From Adineta vaga (lineage: Eukaryota; Animalia; Rotifera): 64,000 nt of DNA. Position 1 is the stretch's first letter. Every line of letters starts with the position of its first letter. Of this stretch, positions 49,041 through 62,582 are shown in pieces. The DNA lies in contig CP075492.1 in the NCBI GenBank assembly GCA_021613535.1, positions 20,290,755-20,354,754 on the forward strand, written 5' to 3'. The translations under genes and the position numbers were made by a program. The notes beneath the pieces are model-generated. The model did not search any database. It worked only from the letters and a program-made list of their open reading frames with translations, and was not told the DNA's origin.

Positions 49041-49887
49041 TAAGTACGAGAAACTTATTGATTGTGTGTGGTGTGTTGTATTTCGTTGTGCAAATTGATT
49101 GGTATCAAACGATTCATTCATTCTTGATGTGTTATGGTCCGTGTGAGGTGTGATTGTTCTGTTTCCCCTAATTTGTTCGTGGTCGTTATCTGCCACTTGA
49201 ACTCCTGTTATAAGTTCGCCAATTTTTTGTATTTCCGCCTTTAAATCTTGTACGTTGTTCGTTAAACGGTTCCAATCTTGTTGATTTTCTTCCAATCGAG
49301 ATTTTGTTGTGTCTTGCCATTGACGTGTTTGCGTTTGAATAGCTTCAATCTGGTTTTTCATTGTATTTTGTTGATTTGTTATTTCATTTGATAAATTATT
49401 GGATCCCTCTCTGTTTTCTCCAGTTATGTTCATGTATATTTCGTTTAGTTTCTTTTCTAAATCTGTTAACCGTGTGTTGTTGTTGTTGTTAGCCTCGGAT
49501 AATTTTTGTACAGCTTGTTCAACAGTGACTTTTTCAAAACCTGAAGTTGCTTGGTCCGTATTCATGTTTCTTTTGTCCAATCTATATTGTGTTCTTTATG
49601 TTCAGTAATTCGAGGTTCAAATTGTCAGGGTCGCCATGTAAGGATAAACTTTGTTTGTGGTCAGCAAGTGTCCCTTTATTTATCAATCCTCCTTCCTTTT
49701 ATAGCGATGCTCTCTCCTTTCTCTCTCCAACGAGCACACCAATTAAAAGAGATGAGAAAGGAAGAGAAGAGAAACAGAAGAGCAGAAAGATATCAACGAT
49801 AGATACACATAATGAGAAGATGAACGAGTCTATTCACCCCATAGAAATAAGAAGATAGGTGAACATCAATATATACATATTGTTACA
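49041..49887 (-). mobile_element. 5' fragment of an LTR retrotransposon (LTR 49887-49637, PBS, truncated gag-like ORF from 49580)
   Basis: 251-bp LTR TGTAA...TTACA with TATAAAA and AATAAA, followed immediately by PBS-like TGGCGACCCTGAC and a coiled-coil ORF. Confidence 0.8.
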
Positions 49888-50514
49888 GTTCTATCCCTCA
49901 TTGATCCATTATTGAAAAAGAAAGCGATTGATTTAACACAATGGAGAAATAGAATGCGACCTGATTCGACAACAGTTGAATTAGCTCATTTGTATTTCAT
50001 ACCGAAAGCGCATAAAGTAAGTTCAATAAGTCAGAAATAACAAGGATTCAATAATAATTCAAATTTTCTCTTTCTTTCTACTAGATTGATACACTATTAA
50101 GACCATTTGTATCATCAATAAAAGCTGCAGCAACCGGTGTATCACATTTTCTTGATCAAATCTTACGTCCATTGTATGATCAAATAGCTAAATCATCAAC
50201 ATTTGTTAATGATATAGATTTTGTTCGACAATTAGAACACTATCGGGATAATGGTCGACTCCGTTCAACAACTATATTTATCACTTTCGATGTTACCGAT
50301 CTTTATACAATGATTCCACATGATGGATTTCTCATTGCTTTGGGTAGTTTTCTTGAACGTCACTCTACAAATAATCTAGTTCATAATATGACTATTGATA
50401 CAATTATGAAAATGACTCGTCTAGTCTTGACAACAAATTGTTTTGCATTCGAAACAAAATATTATCAACAAATTCGTGGTGGAGCAATGGGATCACCATT
50501 AACAATGACTCTAG

Positions 50515-52455
50515 CGGCCTGTCCACGTAACTGCGTACCTCAGTGACCGAATTCGACCAACGTCATTAAGTGAAACTAACATCACCGTCGTGTAGAGCAA
50601 GGTCGAAATCACTAGAAGTCCGTTTTTTATCTTAGTGGCTATATATTTTTGTGTGAAAGTCAATCATGCAAACAGCACGAGTCCGAAAAGTGAAGAATGG
50701 TCCGAATTTTAACTTACTGTAGTTTTAAAATTTTTCTATAGGAGAACATTTATTTTTCGAAACTTTTTACATGAACTAGTATTACCCTCAACAGACTATG
50801 TGATTATGAAAAAATGCCTATGATTCGTTATTTCTTCTTGAAATTATCTATGTTTGTAAACCTGGTACATTGATGATCGTGATTCCGTCACGAAATATAT
50901 CAATAATTCATTTTAAGTGAAATCTGAGTTGTTTTCTTTTTACAAAATTAGTACCCTAAATACACTTTTCCACATTCTATATATTGCTATGATTAGAAGC
51001 TTTTCGAAACGTCTTATGAGGTTACAAATTGCGTGACGGAATCACCATCAAATGATCTAGTTTACATAAAGAAAAATAAGTAGACCATTTTATTCTTGAA
51101 AACTCGATTTAAAATGAATTTTGACTGTAGCCAAGAGTTTTGTTGGACTAGTTTTTTGTTTTAAAAGCTTTCTTCAGAACGATCTGTGCTGTTGGCAGAT
51201 ATTCGTTAAAAGATATATATCCATATATTAGGTGAGCAAGAAGTTCGCGGTCGCCGTCATAAATTAAAATTTCTGCAAGTGACCGCGAACGTTTTACTCA
51301 GTCTAGTAGATCAAGAACATGTAACTCTTCATGCTCTACAACTTTCACATAGAAATGATCACCAGAAAAAGTGGCATCAGGGCTATTTTTGGCTAAAACT
51401 GAAGAAATATGCATATTTCGACTAGTTTCAAGAAGATTTTTATGAGACTAACCGATCATTCAATCGAAAAGAATGACATATTTGGAATCAGCACAAAAAA
51501 CTGAGTTAATCTACATAGTTCTCAAAGTTCTCTACGGACTTTCATCTCCCCTCAAAAACTTCGCCCCGGTCCCCCTCAGGGATGTGTTCAAAAATGAAAG
51601 TCCGCATAGGCTTTTGAAAACTGTGTAGATCAACTCAGTTTTTTGTGCTGCTTTCAAATATGTCATTCTTTTCGATCGAATGATTGGTCAGTCTCATAAA
51701 AATCTTCTTGGAACTAGTAAAAATATGCATATTCTTTCAGTCTTAGCCAAAAACGACCCTGATGCCACTTTTTCTGGAGATTATTTTTATGTGAAAGTTG
51801 TAGAGCATGAAGGGTCACATGTTCGTAATCTACTAGATTGAGCAAAACGTTCGCGGTCACTTGTACAAATTTTAATTTATGTAGGTGAAGACCATATTTT
51901 TGTTTAACCTAATATATGGATATAATTAGATATTTTATATTAGTGAAATTATGTCTTTTTATTTATCTTTCATTTATTTCTGTTGATATAATAACATTAT
52001 TTAAAATATAATGTAGTGCTATGCCTTTTTGAAGAACAATAGAAGTCGAAAAAACTTAGCCATTTCTCAAATGTGATTCCGTCACGACAATGTTTCCTGT
52101 TCATAAAATCAAAATAACTTTTTTTCTGATGTTTGCTTTATTATATGCATATGTTGTCATCAGAACTAAAACTTCTTTATAGAAAGTTTCTTTCTCACGT
52201 TTATCGTTGAGCTAAGTTTTTCATTTGTTTCCATAACTCTCGATATACAGTTCCGTTTTGTGTGATTCCGTAACGCACCTATATTTGAATGATAAAACTG
52301 GCAGAGAAACATATATTCTAATGAAACTTTGTACACATGTAGAGGAATTAGACTTATATAATTTATGAATTTTCATGACTCGTTCAACCTCTGTGGATTT
52401 AGATATTGAAAAAGTAATGTGACAAAACGTGATTCCGTCACGCTTGGACAGGCCG
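50515..52455. mobile_element. Non-autonomous DNA transposon inserted in RT
   Basis: TIR CGGCCTGTCCA; TSD CTAG (or TA with a TIR one base longer). Removal restores MTLANIYM. Repeated GTGATTCCGTCACG motifs. Confidence 0.88.
51218..51922. mobile_element. Fold-back MITE (~350-bp arms) nested in the previous element
   Basis: TATCCATATATTAGGT...ACCTAATATATGGATA with TA flanks; almost fully palindromic. Confidence 0.85.
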
Positions 52456-53610
52456 CTAGCTAATATTTATATGTTCGAATGGGAACAACCTTTAATTGAA
52501 TATCAAAAATCACAAAATGAATTATATGGAAGGTATGATCTAGAGATTCTTTTTTATCTTTCTCTCCCTCCCTCTCTCTCTTCGCCTACTTCTAGATACA
52601 TAGATGATGTATTTATGACCACAAACTCATTATCTAAAATGAATATTCAGTTAAATCAAATGGGAAAGAAAGATGCAAATATTAAAATTACTTGGTCACT
52701 GGGTACAACTATGGAATTTCTTGATGTATGTGTTACCAATGAGAATGGAAAACTAAAAACATCTGTCTATCATAAACCAGCTGCCGAACCTTATATTTTA
52801 CCTTTTTTATCCGAACATCCACGTCATATACATCGAAATACAATTAAAGGTGCACTCTTTCGAGCGGCACGTCTCTGTTCAAATGTTGAAGATTTCGATT
52901 ATGAGCGGTTACACATTGAATTAACTCTACTATTAAATGGTTATCCATTAAAATTTATCACTTATCATTTCAAACAATTCTTTCAGCAACATCACGTACC
53001 ATCATTATTATCAGATCAACCACAAGATCAAATAATTTATGAACAATTTCATAAAAAGATACTTGTTCAATTATCACGACGCTAACAAAAAAGAAATGAA
53101 TCAATAACAAACTGCTACACAAATAATGAATCGAAAAAAATTAATCAATCAAAAAATTCAAACACTAAAAATATTACAATTCAATATACTTTTGAAAATG
53201 GACCTCTTTCAAAATTGAAACATAAGCTGAAAGATCTTTGGAAGAGACATTATGTGTACGAAGGTTCGCCAATGAATCATGTACGCTTACAAATGAGAGC
53301 GCGTACTAATCAATCTTTAAGTCAACTTTTTATCCAGAAAAAACCACGAAAACATATGCTTGCTAACATAGAACCACTTCCTACAACTTCGATGATTGCT
53401 GTTACTACAACAGTCACAAACATAAATATTTAGTATTGATTTTTTCCGTCATCATATATACACTATTAAAGAAAACCATTTAAATCGATATCATTCACCA
53501 GTCGTTACTACCTCAGAACGCTGAGCTAGAACTAAATATCTGACGTATGATATCTGCTGACTTTTTCTACGTATAGATAGATAACTCTTAATCATATATT
53601 TAATCTATCT

Positions 53611-53966
53611 GGAAGTTTGAAGTTTTCATACAAAAGTAAATATCTGATATCTGGATATCTAACTGATTTGTGCTGTACATACTTGGATCACTATTAGTGA
53701 CTTATCCACTGTATTTGGAAATTTGAAATTTTCCTGCAAAAGTAAATATGTGATATCTGGATATTTGCCAACCCTCTCGACATATAGACAGAGCAGCATC
53801 ATTAAAATATCCATGTGATAACAGAAATTCAAATTTTCATATAAAAGTAAATATCTGGTATCAGAATATCTGTTGATATTGATGTGCATAGGGACATGTA
53901 GATGCATTGATGTACTTTAACATGTATTGCAAGTGAAAACTTTCCATGTGAAAGTAAATATCTGAC
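53611..53966 (+). repeat. Degenerate tandem repeat, ~106-bp period, four core copies
   Basis: AA.TTTTC....AAAAGTAAATAT.TG.TATC recurs near 53620, 53726, 53832 and 53940. Confidence 0.6.
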
Positions 53967-54712
53967 TTTTGCAGTAGAAGAAGAGACGAAGAAAATGCTG
54001 TTTAATTAAAACTGGTTACAGCTTGAGATTTGCCACCTCCTCTACTTTGTATTACTATGATTCTCGGAAAGAAAATAGAAAGACCAAGTACTATTTTATG
54101 AGTCATTAAAATTAGAGAATATTTGACTAGAATAGTTTTTTCAATGCTTGAAATATTATTTCCATTTTTGGCACACAGCTAGATCCAACAAAATAATCAC
54201 AAACATCCGTCTGGTTTTTATACACATATTTCTTGTAAAAATTCTATCAAATGATCTGATATATATGTCATCTATTTTCTTCTTTTTCGCAGTTTACAGC
54301 GTCACAAAAAACGTAACAGATCTCGTCAAATACGATTATCATTTTAGGAGGTCTGGTTACTTTGTCGAAGTCGGTTAATATGATAGAAATTGAAGTATGA
54401 TTCAATAGTATAGTATCTCTATTATTCTTTATAAGAAAAATTTGTTTCCAAACATTTTATTCAAACCTAAATATCATTGCCATATGTGGCAGTTTATAGT
54501 AAGTTAAGGAAAATAAAAGAAAAATGAATATTCTCTTATCTTTAATCGTTCTCAGTGTATCTTTTGTAGAACCTTATGGCGATTTAAAACGTTTTCTTTT
54601 CTTCTAAATCATGACTATAAATATTATTTGCAACAATTTGTTGCGGTATTTTATCAGTGTCTAGTTTTTCCAAACAGTAAGTGAATTTTAGATCTATATT
54701 ATTAAAAAAGTA

Positions 54713-57700
54713 ATGTTATTGAACATTAACTTTCGCAGACATCTGACACTACTTAGATCTTATCTACGCGAATTGAATCTATTTCAAAGTGGTATCAAAA
54801 ATGAATCTGTCATACGAAATGAACGTCGATCAACGCATCTCTATTTGATTCTTTCAATCATATCATTTATTATTATAGCATTCTACTATTCTATCGAATC
54901 TCGTGAAAACACGATTGTAATCAAATCACCTTCATTCGTCAAATATTCAAGTCTACCTAAAGGAGTATCCTTGCAATGTCCTTGCGCAACACTGGCGGTG
55001 AAGTACAAGCAATTCGTTGCCATTGAGCCTGTGTATCATGAATTATGTGAAAGTGACTTTATTTCTGAAAGATTTTTACAACAATTATTGGCTCTGTACA
55101 AGAAAACTTGGAATAACTCAATTCAAACTGATTTTCATCGAATAGCCATATTTCAATTTAAAACACTTGGTATATTTTGTCAATTGATACAAGAAACAAT
55201 CAAACATGCAGTTGAAACATTTCTGCAAACAGATTTTATTCAATCACATTTGCTTGCACAAGATTTTTTTCAGAATCATATTGAACTGTTATTAAGAGAT
55301 TTTGTCGCGTTGACTCCAAAAACATTTTTGAGAACATTAACATTTATTCAAGATATAACTGCACAAAATTTATTCATGACTGGTGCCTCAATAACAAGCG
55401 TCTTATCTTTTAGTAGGCGCAATCCAACTTTTAATGACTTTGGAAATTTGCCATTTCATGGAATAAATTATATATTCTCAGATAATTCTTCATGTCAATG
55501 TACAAGTTCAACTGCTAACAGTTGTATGGGTTTAGCAACATTCAAGAATGATTCTGTGCTTGGTTTTTACACAGGCTGTTATATGGTGAGTGCACTTCTC
55601 AAATCAACACTCGAAATACTTTATAATCAAACTATGATTGATAGTCTCACTAACTCATCGAACACTTTTCAAAAACTAAATTTATCTGCTTCAAATTCGA
55701 CAATTAAAACATTATTAACTCAAATGTTTATTATTCATTGGTCTAATAAAACATCTTTTGAACAATATTTTAATAATTGTGCATCAACTTCATGTCAATA
55801 TACAATCATTCAAGGTAACAGTTTCTTATTGATTGTAACATTATTAATTGGTCTGTATGGTGGTTTATCGTCCGTTCTAAGTATTATTTGTCCTATTATT
55901 ATTAAAGCAATATGGCCATTTATTCGAAAACTTATTGTCAGACGACGAAGAACAATTGCTACACAAGATACAAACAATGGAATTAGTAGAGGTAAATATA
56001 AATTAAACATTAAGTGTATAGACGGTTCAAAGATTAGTTATAATCGTTATCATGAAAAATGTTTAAAATAATCTTTGTAGAAATTGAACAACATCACAAA
56101 AAATTGTTCCATTCTATTTTTCAGAAACTTCCGTCAATGATCGTATAAAACAATTTTTTCAAGTTCTGAAACAAAAATTGATCGAATTAAATCTATTCAA
56201 AAGTATTCCTCCAACAGACGATATCAATATTCTTCAACAACAATACACTACGACACGACTTTATCTAATCTGTGTACTTTTAGCTGTAATTATTCTTACT
56301 GTTTTTACAGCAATGAGATTACCGAAAATTCGTGTTACTATTCGATCACCTTCATTAGAAGATTTTATTTATCTTTATGATCAATATCAATTATCACTCA
56401 ACTGTCCATGCAATCAAATATCAATAGAAAATCGATTAATTTCATATATCATGCCACATTATCATGAAGTTTGTTCCAGTAAATTTGTCACTTCTGCTTG
56501 GATCAACATTCAGTTTGTTCAAAATTCATCGAAATTATTATATACACATGATATTCGTTATCATTCTCAATTTTATTTTCAACTTTTATCAACATTATGT
56601 CGCATAGCAAATCAAACAGTTTATGATTCTCTAGAATCATTCTATCAAACTAAATTTATCTCAAATCAAGCGCTTAATTCTCAAACATTTGAAACACGTA
56701 TAAATATACTTGTAGAACAATTCAAAAAAACAGTACCTGAATCATTTGAACGCTCGTTGAATTTATTAACAGCAAACTTCGAAATCAATCAATTCGTTTC
56801 ATCCATGAACTCAATCGTCGCAAAATATGATCTAACAGTCAATGGCACATATATTCCTCAATTGGAAATGTATGTATACTATTGGTATAAGAAATCCAAA
56901 TGTAATCCAAATGAACTAGTCGGATTACACGACTGCTTGTGTATACCTATGGGATTTGATGAATGTCGTCGAGAAATCGTGATCAGTGAAGGTGAGACAA
57001 CACATGTTATTCCAGGCATGTATCAAGGATGGTTTCCTTTACAGTCACTTCTTATGTCAACATTGGAGTGTTTTTATAATCAAACATGTTTTCTTCAGAT
57101 CACAAAATTTATTAATTCAACATTATCATCAACCAATTTTTCTATCTTGAACGAACCATCATTTTTATTGACTAACGGTAAATATCAACAAATTGGTTCA
57201 TTAGCTAACAATCTCTTTATCCAATCGTGGAAGAATAGTAGTTCATTTCAATCCTATTTTAATCAATGTCAACCTGTAGAATGTTCATATACTTACTCAA
57301 GTCGATCAAGTCTTATTTCTATGATAACAATGACAATTAGCTTGATTGGTGGTTTCAATACTGCTCTACATCTATTCCTCCCATTTATCGTTCAATTGGT
57401 GACTAAAATTTGGAAATATTTCCAGCAACGACGAAGTAATATTATCATAGAACAAGAGACAAATTATTCAAGAATAAGTATGAAACTCTATTTTCAATTA
57501 TTATATAATAAAATCATCTATTGAAGGATTTTGTGATTGTTTTCATAATCTTGTTGCATCTGGCAAACGAAAGATCGTACAATTAAATCTTTTTCCTACA
57601 ATTCCAAGATCAAACGATCCCAAAATTATTCGCAGAAGTCAAAGAACAACTCGAGTATATTTAATTTTACTATTATCATCTTTATTCATTCTTATTCTTT

Positions 57701-60552
57701 ATACATTATTAAGACAAGAAACTTTTACAGAGATTATTCAAAATCCATCAGTATCAAAATATAGAGAATTATTCTCTCAATATTCTTTCAAATTGCAATG
57801 TCCTTGTAGTCGTATTGCAATTAAACACAATCAATTTATTTCTCAACTCGACCCACAATATCATCCGATTTGTCATAGTATATTTGTTTCTCCACGATGG
57901 TTAGAAAGTCTAATAGGCCCAAGTTTCTATGGTCTTTTAAGAATGTCTTATGGTGATGATTATCGAGCATTAATTCATGTACAATTTCAGACAATAGCAA
58001 AACTTTGTAAACTTTCTAAAATTATGTTGAATATATCAATATCACGTTTCGAACAGACGGATTTTTTTACAGCAAATGTTATCTCCAATGACGAATTCAA
58101 TCTTCGAATAGAATTATTAATAGAACAGTTTAAACAAACAACATTTAATCAATTTATGGAGACATTCAAATTAATTCAACTAATAAATCATGGAAATCAA
58201 TTAGCTACAGTGTTGAAGTCGAATTGGAATTTTATTTTCGAAAGATCTTCTGATCACAATGAAACTCCTAGTCTGCTAAAAGATATGTTGGCTGTACCAC
58301 AACAATACGGTGTAGAGAACTGTTCATGTGACGTGCAATCAAACTGTTCAAAGTATCCTGGTATTTACGTCGAGAATCCGAAGAAGCTATTCACCGAAAC
58401 GATACCAGGATTTCTCGTCGGATGTTTACCATTGAATGCTCTTCTTCAATCAAATTTAGATTGTCTTTTTAATGAAACATGTCTATCTATAATGCGAGCA
58501 TTTATTTTCTATGTTAATCCTATTCCATTCGAAGTCTTAAAGTATTCATCATTAGCAATCCCAAATACAACGATCGATACCATTCTGAATCAATTGTTTG
58601 TTTCCAATTGGTTGCAAAATACATCATTCGATCTTTATTTTAATCAATGTGCCCCTCAATTGTGTCAATATTCATATTTAATAGAATATAATACAGTTTA
58701 TGTTGCGACCACTTTGATTGCGCTCTTTGGTGGTCTAACTATTGGTCTACGTTTATTTGTGCATTATACAGCACTAATAATACACAAAATCGCTGACAAT
58801 CTTAAGAAAAAAAATCGAATCGTACCAAATATACATGAATCGGATATTACTCCAATTTCGACAACAACAAAAGTTCAGGTGAATATATTTTGTTAGATTT
58901 GACTTTTTGCACTATGAAAGCGATTATGTCATATATCTTCGATGTCTTTTGCTTCGTTTTCTTGCAGTTATTGTCTGTAACTAGTGGTGAAGAAGAAAAT
59001 AGATTGTAAGTACAGTCAGATAAGCGACGTTTGTTACTCGAACTCTTTTGTGACTTTTTTTAACGACATAGAAAACACAAAGATCGAGTCATCGTAATTT
59101 GTATCGGTCTGCTCTCCGTAACAGCGTTAATTGTCACTTACATCATTTTACTTATATATCGGAAAGAACAACAAAATGTCACGATGTTCACGACACAAAC
59201 AACTCAAATAAGTACTGATAGTACAATAACAGTATCGATATCCACACCAGAAAGTACATTTTGATTCTAATATAAAAGAGATAACTATAGATTAATATTA
59301 GTTCTTTTAGATTCTTGTCATATGACTTTAAAATATCAATCTCATACGTATGAAACTGGTCTTCATCCTATGTCAATTGTTACTGGTGATTTTAATCGAG
59401 ATTCAATTGTAGATTTAGGTGTAACTAATTTTGAGTCTCATACTATAAGTATATTGTTGGGTAATATAAATGGAACATTTCAGACACAACATATCTTTTC
59501 GACAGGAGATGGATCCGGTCCGCAAGAAATAACAATTGGTGATTTTGATAATGATACATTCTTAGATTTAGGTAAGTGTTCGTGATTTCGTATTAGCTCT
59601 TTTTGGACAACAGATTTGTGTGTTCACATGATAAAATCACAAAGACAAAGAAATATTGTTCATTTAAAATTGATCTTTCTTGATTTTAGCTGTAACGTTA
59701 TCTATAAAAAAGAGAATTGTGATTTTCTTCGGTGCTCCAGAAAATAAATTATTTCACTCGCTCCCATACGATTTTCCTTGCTATGCTTATGACAATATAC
59801 CGGGTTTAATTGAAGCCAGTGATATGAATCATGATGGATTTGTTGATCTGATTTTTACTCAAAACACAAATATAACGCCTATTTCGAATAAACTGCTGCT
59901 TTTTTTAAATGATGGTAGTGGACGTCACTTTAAGAGTATAGATCATTATTGGAACTATCTTGTAGATCAGAATGATATAATTGCCATAGTTATCGGTGAT
60001 TTTAATAATGATGGAATAGAATCTGATATGGCTCTTTGTACCCATGATAGACGATTAATAACGATTTTATATAATTCCAGTAATTCAGATCATTATTCCA
60101 GACCTTCTCAAACTCTTCTGACGAATGAATATCCATCGAAAATGACCAAAGGAAAATTCAATGATGATGAAATAGATGATATAGTAATTATTTCTTTTCA
60201 CTCAAATACATTACAAGTTCAACTTAGTTTTGGAAATGGAAATTTTTTAACACAAATTTATCTTACAGATGTTTATCCAACATCTATTACAGTAATTAAT
60301 TTTAATGACGATAAAATTGATGATCTAGCTATATTACATTGTAATGGAGCGGTGAGCGTATTTCTCGGATTAAAGATCGGAATCTTTAATCGACATTATT
60401 TATCTTTCCAAAATTATACAACGATCAATGGCAAATGCGCTCAATCCTTGAGAGTAATTGATTTAAATCAAGATGGTAGAGACGATGTCGTTTTTGTTGA
60501 TCCAGAAATGAACGTTATTCGACTTTTATTAGGTTCACAATGTGATGAATAG
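54713..60552 (+). CDS. Large multi-exon membrane protein: three Cys-rich TM-flanked modules followed by FG-GAP/VCBS repeats
   Basis: ORFs 54713, 56178 and 57793 share LNLF, TRLY, CPC, C.S.F, GC..L..S.L and YF..C.P..C.Y motifs. ORFs 59322 and 59680 have GDFN.D...DL repeats. Short introns lie between them; exact exon boundaries were not all resolved. Confidence 0.72.
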
Positions 60553-61000
60553 ATGTGAATGTTGTTCGTCTATAGATGTTGTTATTTTTCTCGTTCTCTA
60601 AATATAATGTATATCTGTTATATTGAAATGTTTTTATTAACATATACATTTGAAAAAGAGATATTCTGCTAAAAATCGAGTTGTTACACAAAGGATCATT
60701 GTTGGATTTCGTGATATTGTTAAATGTTGTTTTAATATTCAATAACAAACAACTATATGAATAAAAGGAGACTACAATATTTGTATGTTCTTAATCCTCC
60801 GTCATTTTGAATCACAGATATAATTAGCGATAATTAGAATCTATGACGTTGCGAAAGAAGATTAGTATATATTGTTGATAAAAATGCTTTCGAAATAATT
60901 AACTGGTTAATGTATTATCATAGAATGATTTTAACAATAATTTCTAAAAACATAAGTCAACCAGGGTGGATGTCGGTGAATGTGAGAGAATAAGATATAT

Positions 61001-61022
61001 ACCCACACCCACACCCACACCC
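61001..61022 (-). repeat. Short telomeric-type repeat (ACACCC)n
   Basis: Seen directly. Confidence 0.75.
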
Positions 61023-61200
61023 TTTTCTCTGCTCAATTATTTCATCTCAACTATATCTGTGTATATTCAAATCATTATAGCAAATCCATCATTATATTGA
61101 TAATCGTTGATAAGTAGATTACCTTTATTTCTAATGTAGAAGTACAAAAAATCCTTTGATAAACTTTGAATTTATTTTACATAAATTATTTCTGATAAAA

Positions 61201-61854
61201 ATGAAAACGTTCTCATTGAACTTATTAATAATTTCAACATTTTCATTATTAATTACTGGACAAAATGTTGAAGATTATTTGAAAAGAGAACGTTTTAGTA
61301 TATCTTCTTCACCATCAAATACAAAACTTCCTCGTGGAACTGTTCTTATGATTGCTTCGGCAGAAATGGATAATTGGTTTAATCTGAATGGTAAAGGTAT
61401 GGGTTAATATACTGGTTGGTATATTTGTGATGGAAGAAATGGAACACCAGATTTACGTGGTCGATTTGTAGTTGGAAGAGATATTTTCAATACTGGTTCT
61501 TCTTATCCAAATATGGGTATGAAAGGTGGATTAGAAAAAGTTACTCTAACTGTTGATGAAATGCCAACACATTCTCATACTTTTCAAGCGCAGACATCAG
61601 TTGCCGGTGCACATTATCATAATTATAATGATATAACTTATGCAGATGGATGTGATGTACCTTTTCCAACATATGGAGGAATTCGATCCGGTACATCAAA
61701 TAATCGAGCATGTCAAATAGCAAGAGTAACAGATACAGCAGGTTCTCATAGCCATTCGGTATCTGGAACTACAAGTAGTATTGGTGGAATTAAAGCTCAT
61801 GAAAATCATCCACCATATTATGTTATTGCTTATATTATTTATATTGGCGTTTGA
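61201..61854 (+). pseudogene. Signal-peptide-bearing phage tail-collar/short tail fibre-like protein with one in-frame stop
   Basis: LPRGTVLM..GWYICDGRNGTPDLRGRFVVG..GG.EKVTLTVDEMPTHSH..HENHPPYYVIAYII. TAA at 61405-61407 is in frame. Confidence 0.78.
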
Positions 61855-61993
61855 ATTTAAAAATTTTCATGAATTTTATTATTTAAAATTGCTTGTATCT
61901 TGTGTTTTTTTATAAATATATTTACAAGTTTACTTTATTCATATCGTTTACCTCAACAAAGGTCGGAATTGCATTTGTAAATGGTACCGTATT

Positions 61994-62040
61994 TGTGGGT
62001 GTGAGTTTGGATGAAGACTGAACACCCACACCCACACCCA
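61994..62040. repeat. Head-to-head telomeric-type repeats
   Basis: TGTGGGTGTGAG, spacer, (ACACCC)3. Confidence 0.65.
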
Positions 62041-62099
62041 AACTCTTCACTAGAAAACATACAATAGACGTTCGGCAATTAGTGATGGTCTCGACATGT

Positions 62100-62333
62100 A
62101 TTGAGAAAAATTGAACATTACTTATTGATGGGAAGCTAGCACGACGGATTTATGTGAGCTCGGAATTCCTTCCATTATGGTTTGTAGGGGCGAAATCTAC
62201 GTGAGTGCTACGAAATACCTGTAGAACACATCACACAAGTCTCGCACCTAGAAATTTTAATGGAAGGAATTCCGAGTTCATCTAAATTCGCCGTGCTATC
62301 TTCACATCAATACTTCAGTTCAATCCTATCAAT
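62100..62333. mobile_element. Degenerate inverted-repeat element (MITE-like)
   Basis: CTCGGAATTCCTTCCATTA/TAATGGAAGGAATTCCGAG, with flanking imperfect arms. Confidence 0.6.
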
Positions 62334-62582
62334 CAGTTTAAGTTCTTCAGAAAATAATAGGAATTACATATTGATATTTTATTTGAGTCTAATAATATTT
62401 CAGATATATTCAAAATTGAATCTCTAAATAAACTGGTGAATTATTTCGAATAGATATTATTTCTTATAGATAAATCACATAGAATGAAAAAGTAAGAGAG
62501 TTTTGAAAGAGAAAGTCATAAATTGTTGAATAAAGTAACCAATGAGCGTACATTTGCTGCTTAAAATTGAAATAAATGTTCC

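Larger units (their letters stand above)
49888..53433 (+). pseudogene. Athena reverse transcriptase, disrupted
   Basis: YFIPKAHK|intron 50017-50084, FDVTDLYT, GGAMGSP, R|YIDD (intron 52533-52595), FLDV, SEHPRH. Insertion at 50515-52455, in-frame TAA at 53083, no GIY-YIG. Confidence 0.88.

Noticed and set aside
53611-53966. CRISPR-like repeat-spacer array
   Set aside because: Repeats are long and degenerate, there are no cas genes, and the context is eukaryotic.
61405-61407. Alternative genetic code or readthrough explaining in-frame stops (also 4176, 20526, 21528, 53083)
   Set aside because: Stops are mixed TAA/TGA, one base from sense codons, and mostly in decayed elements; other genes terminate normally at TAA and TGA.
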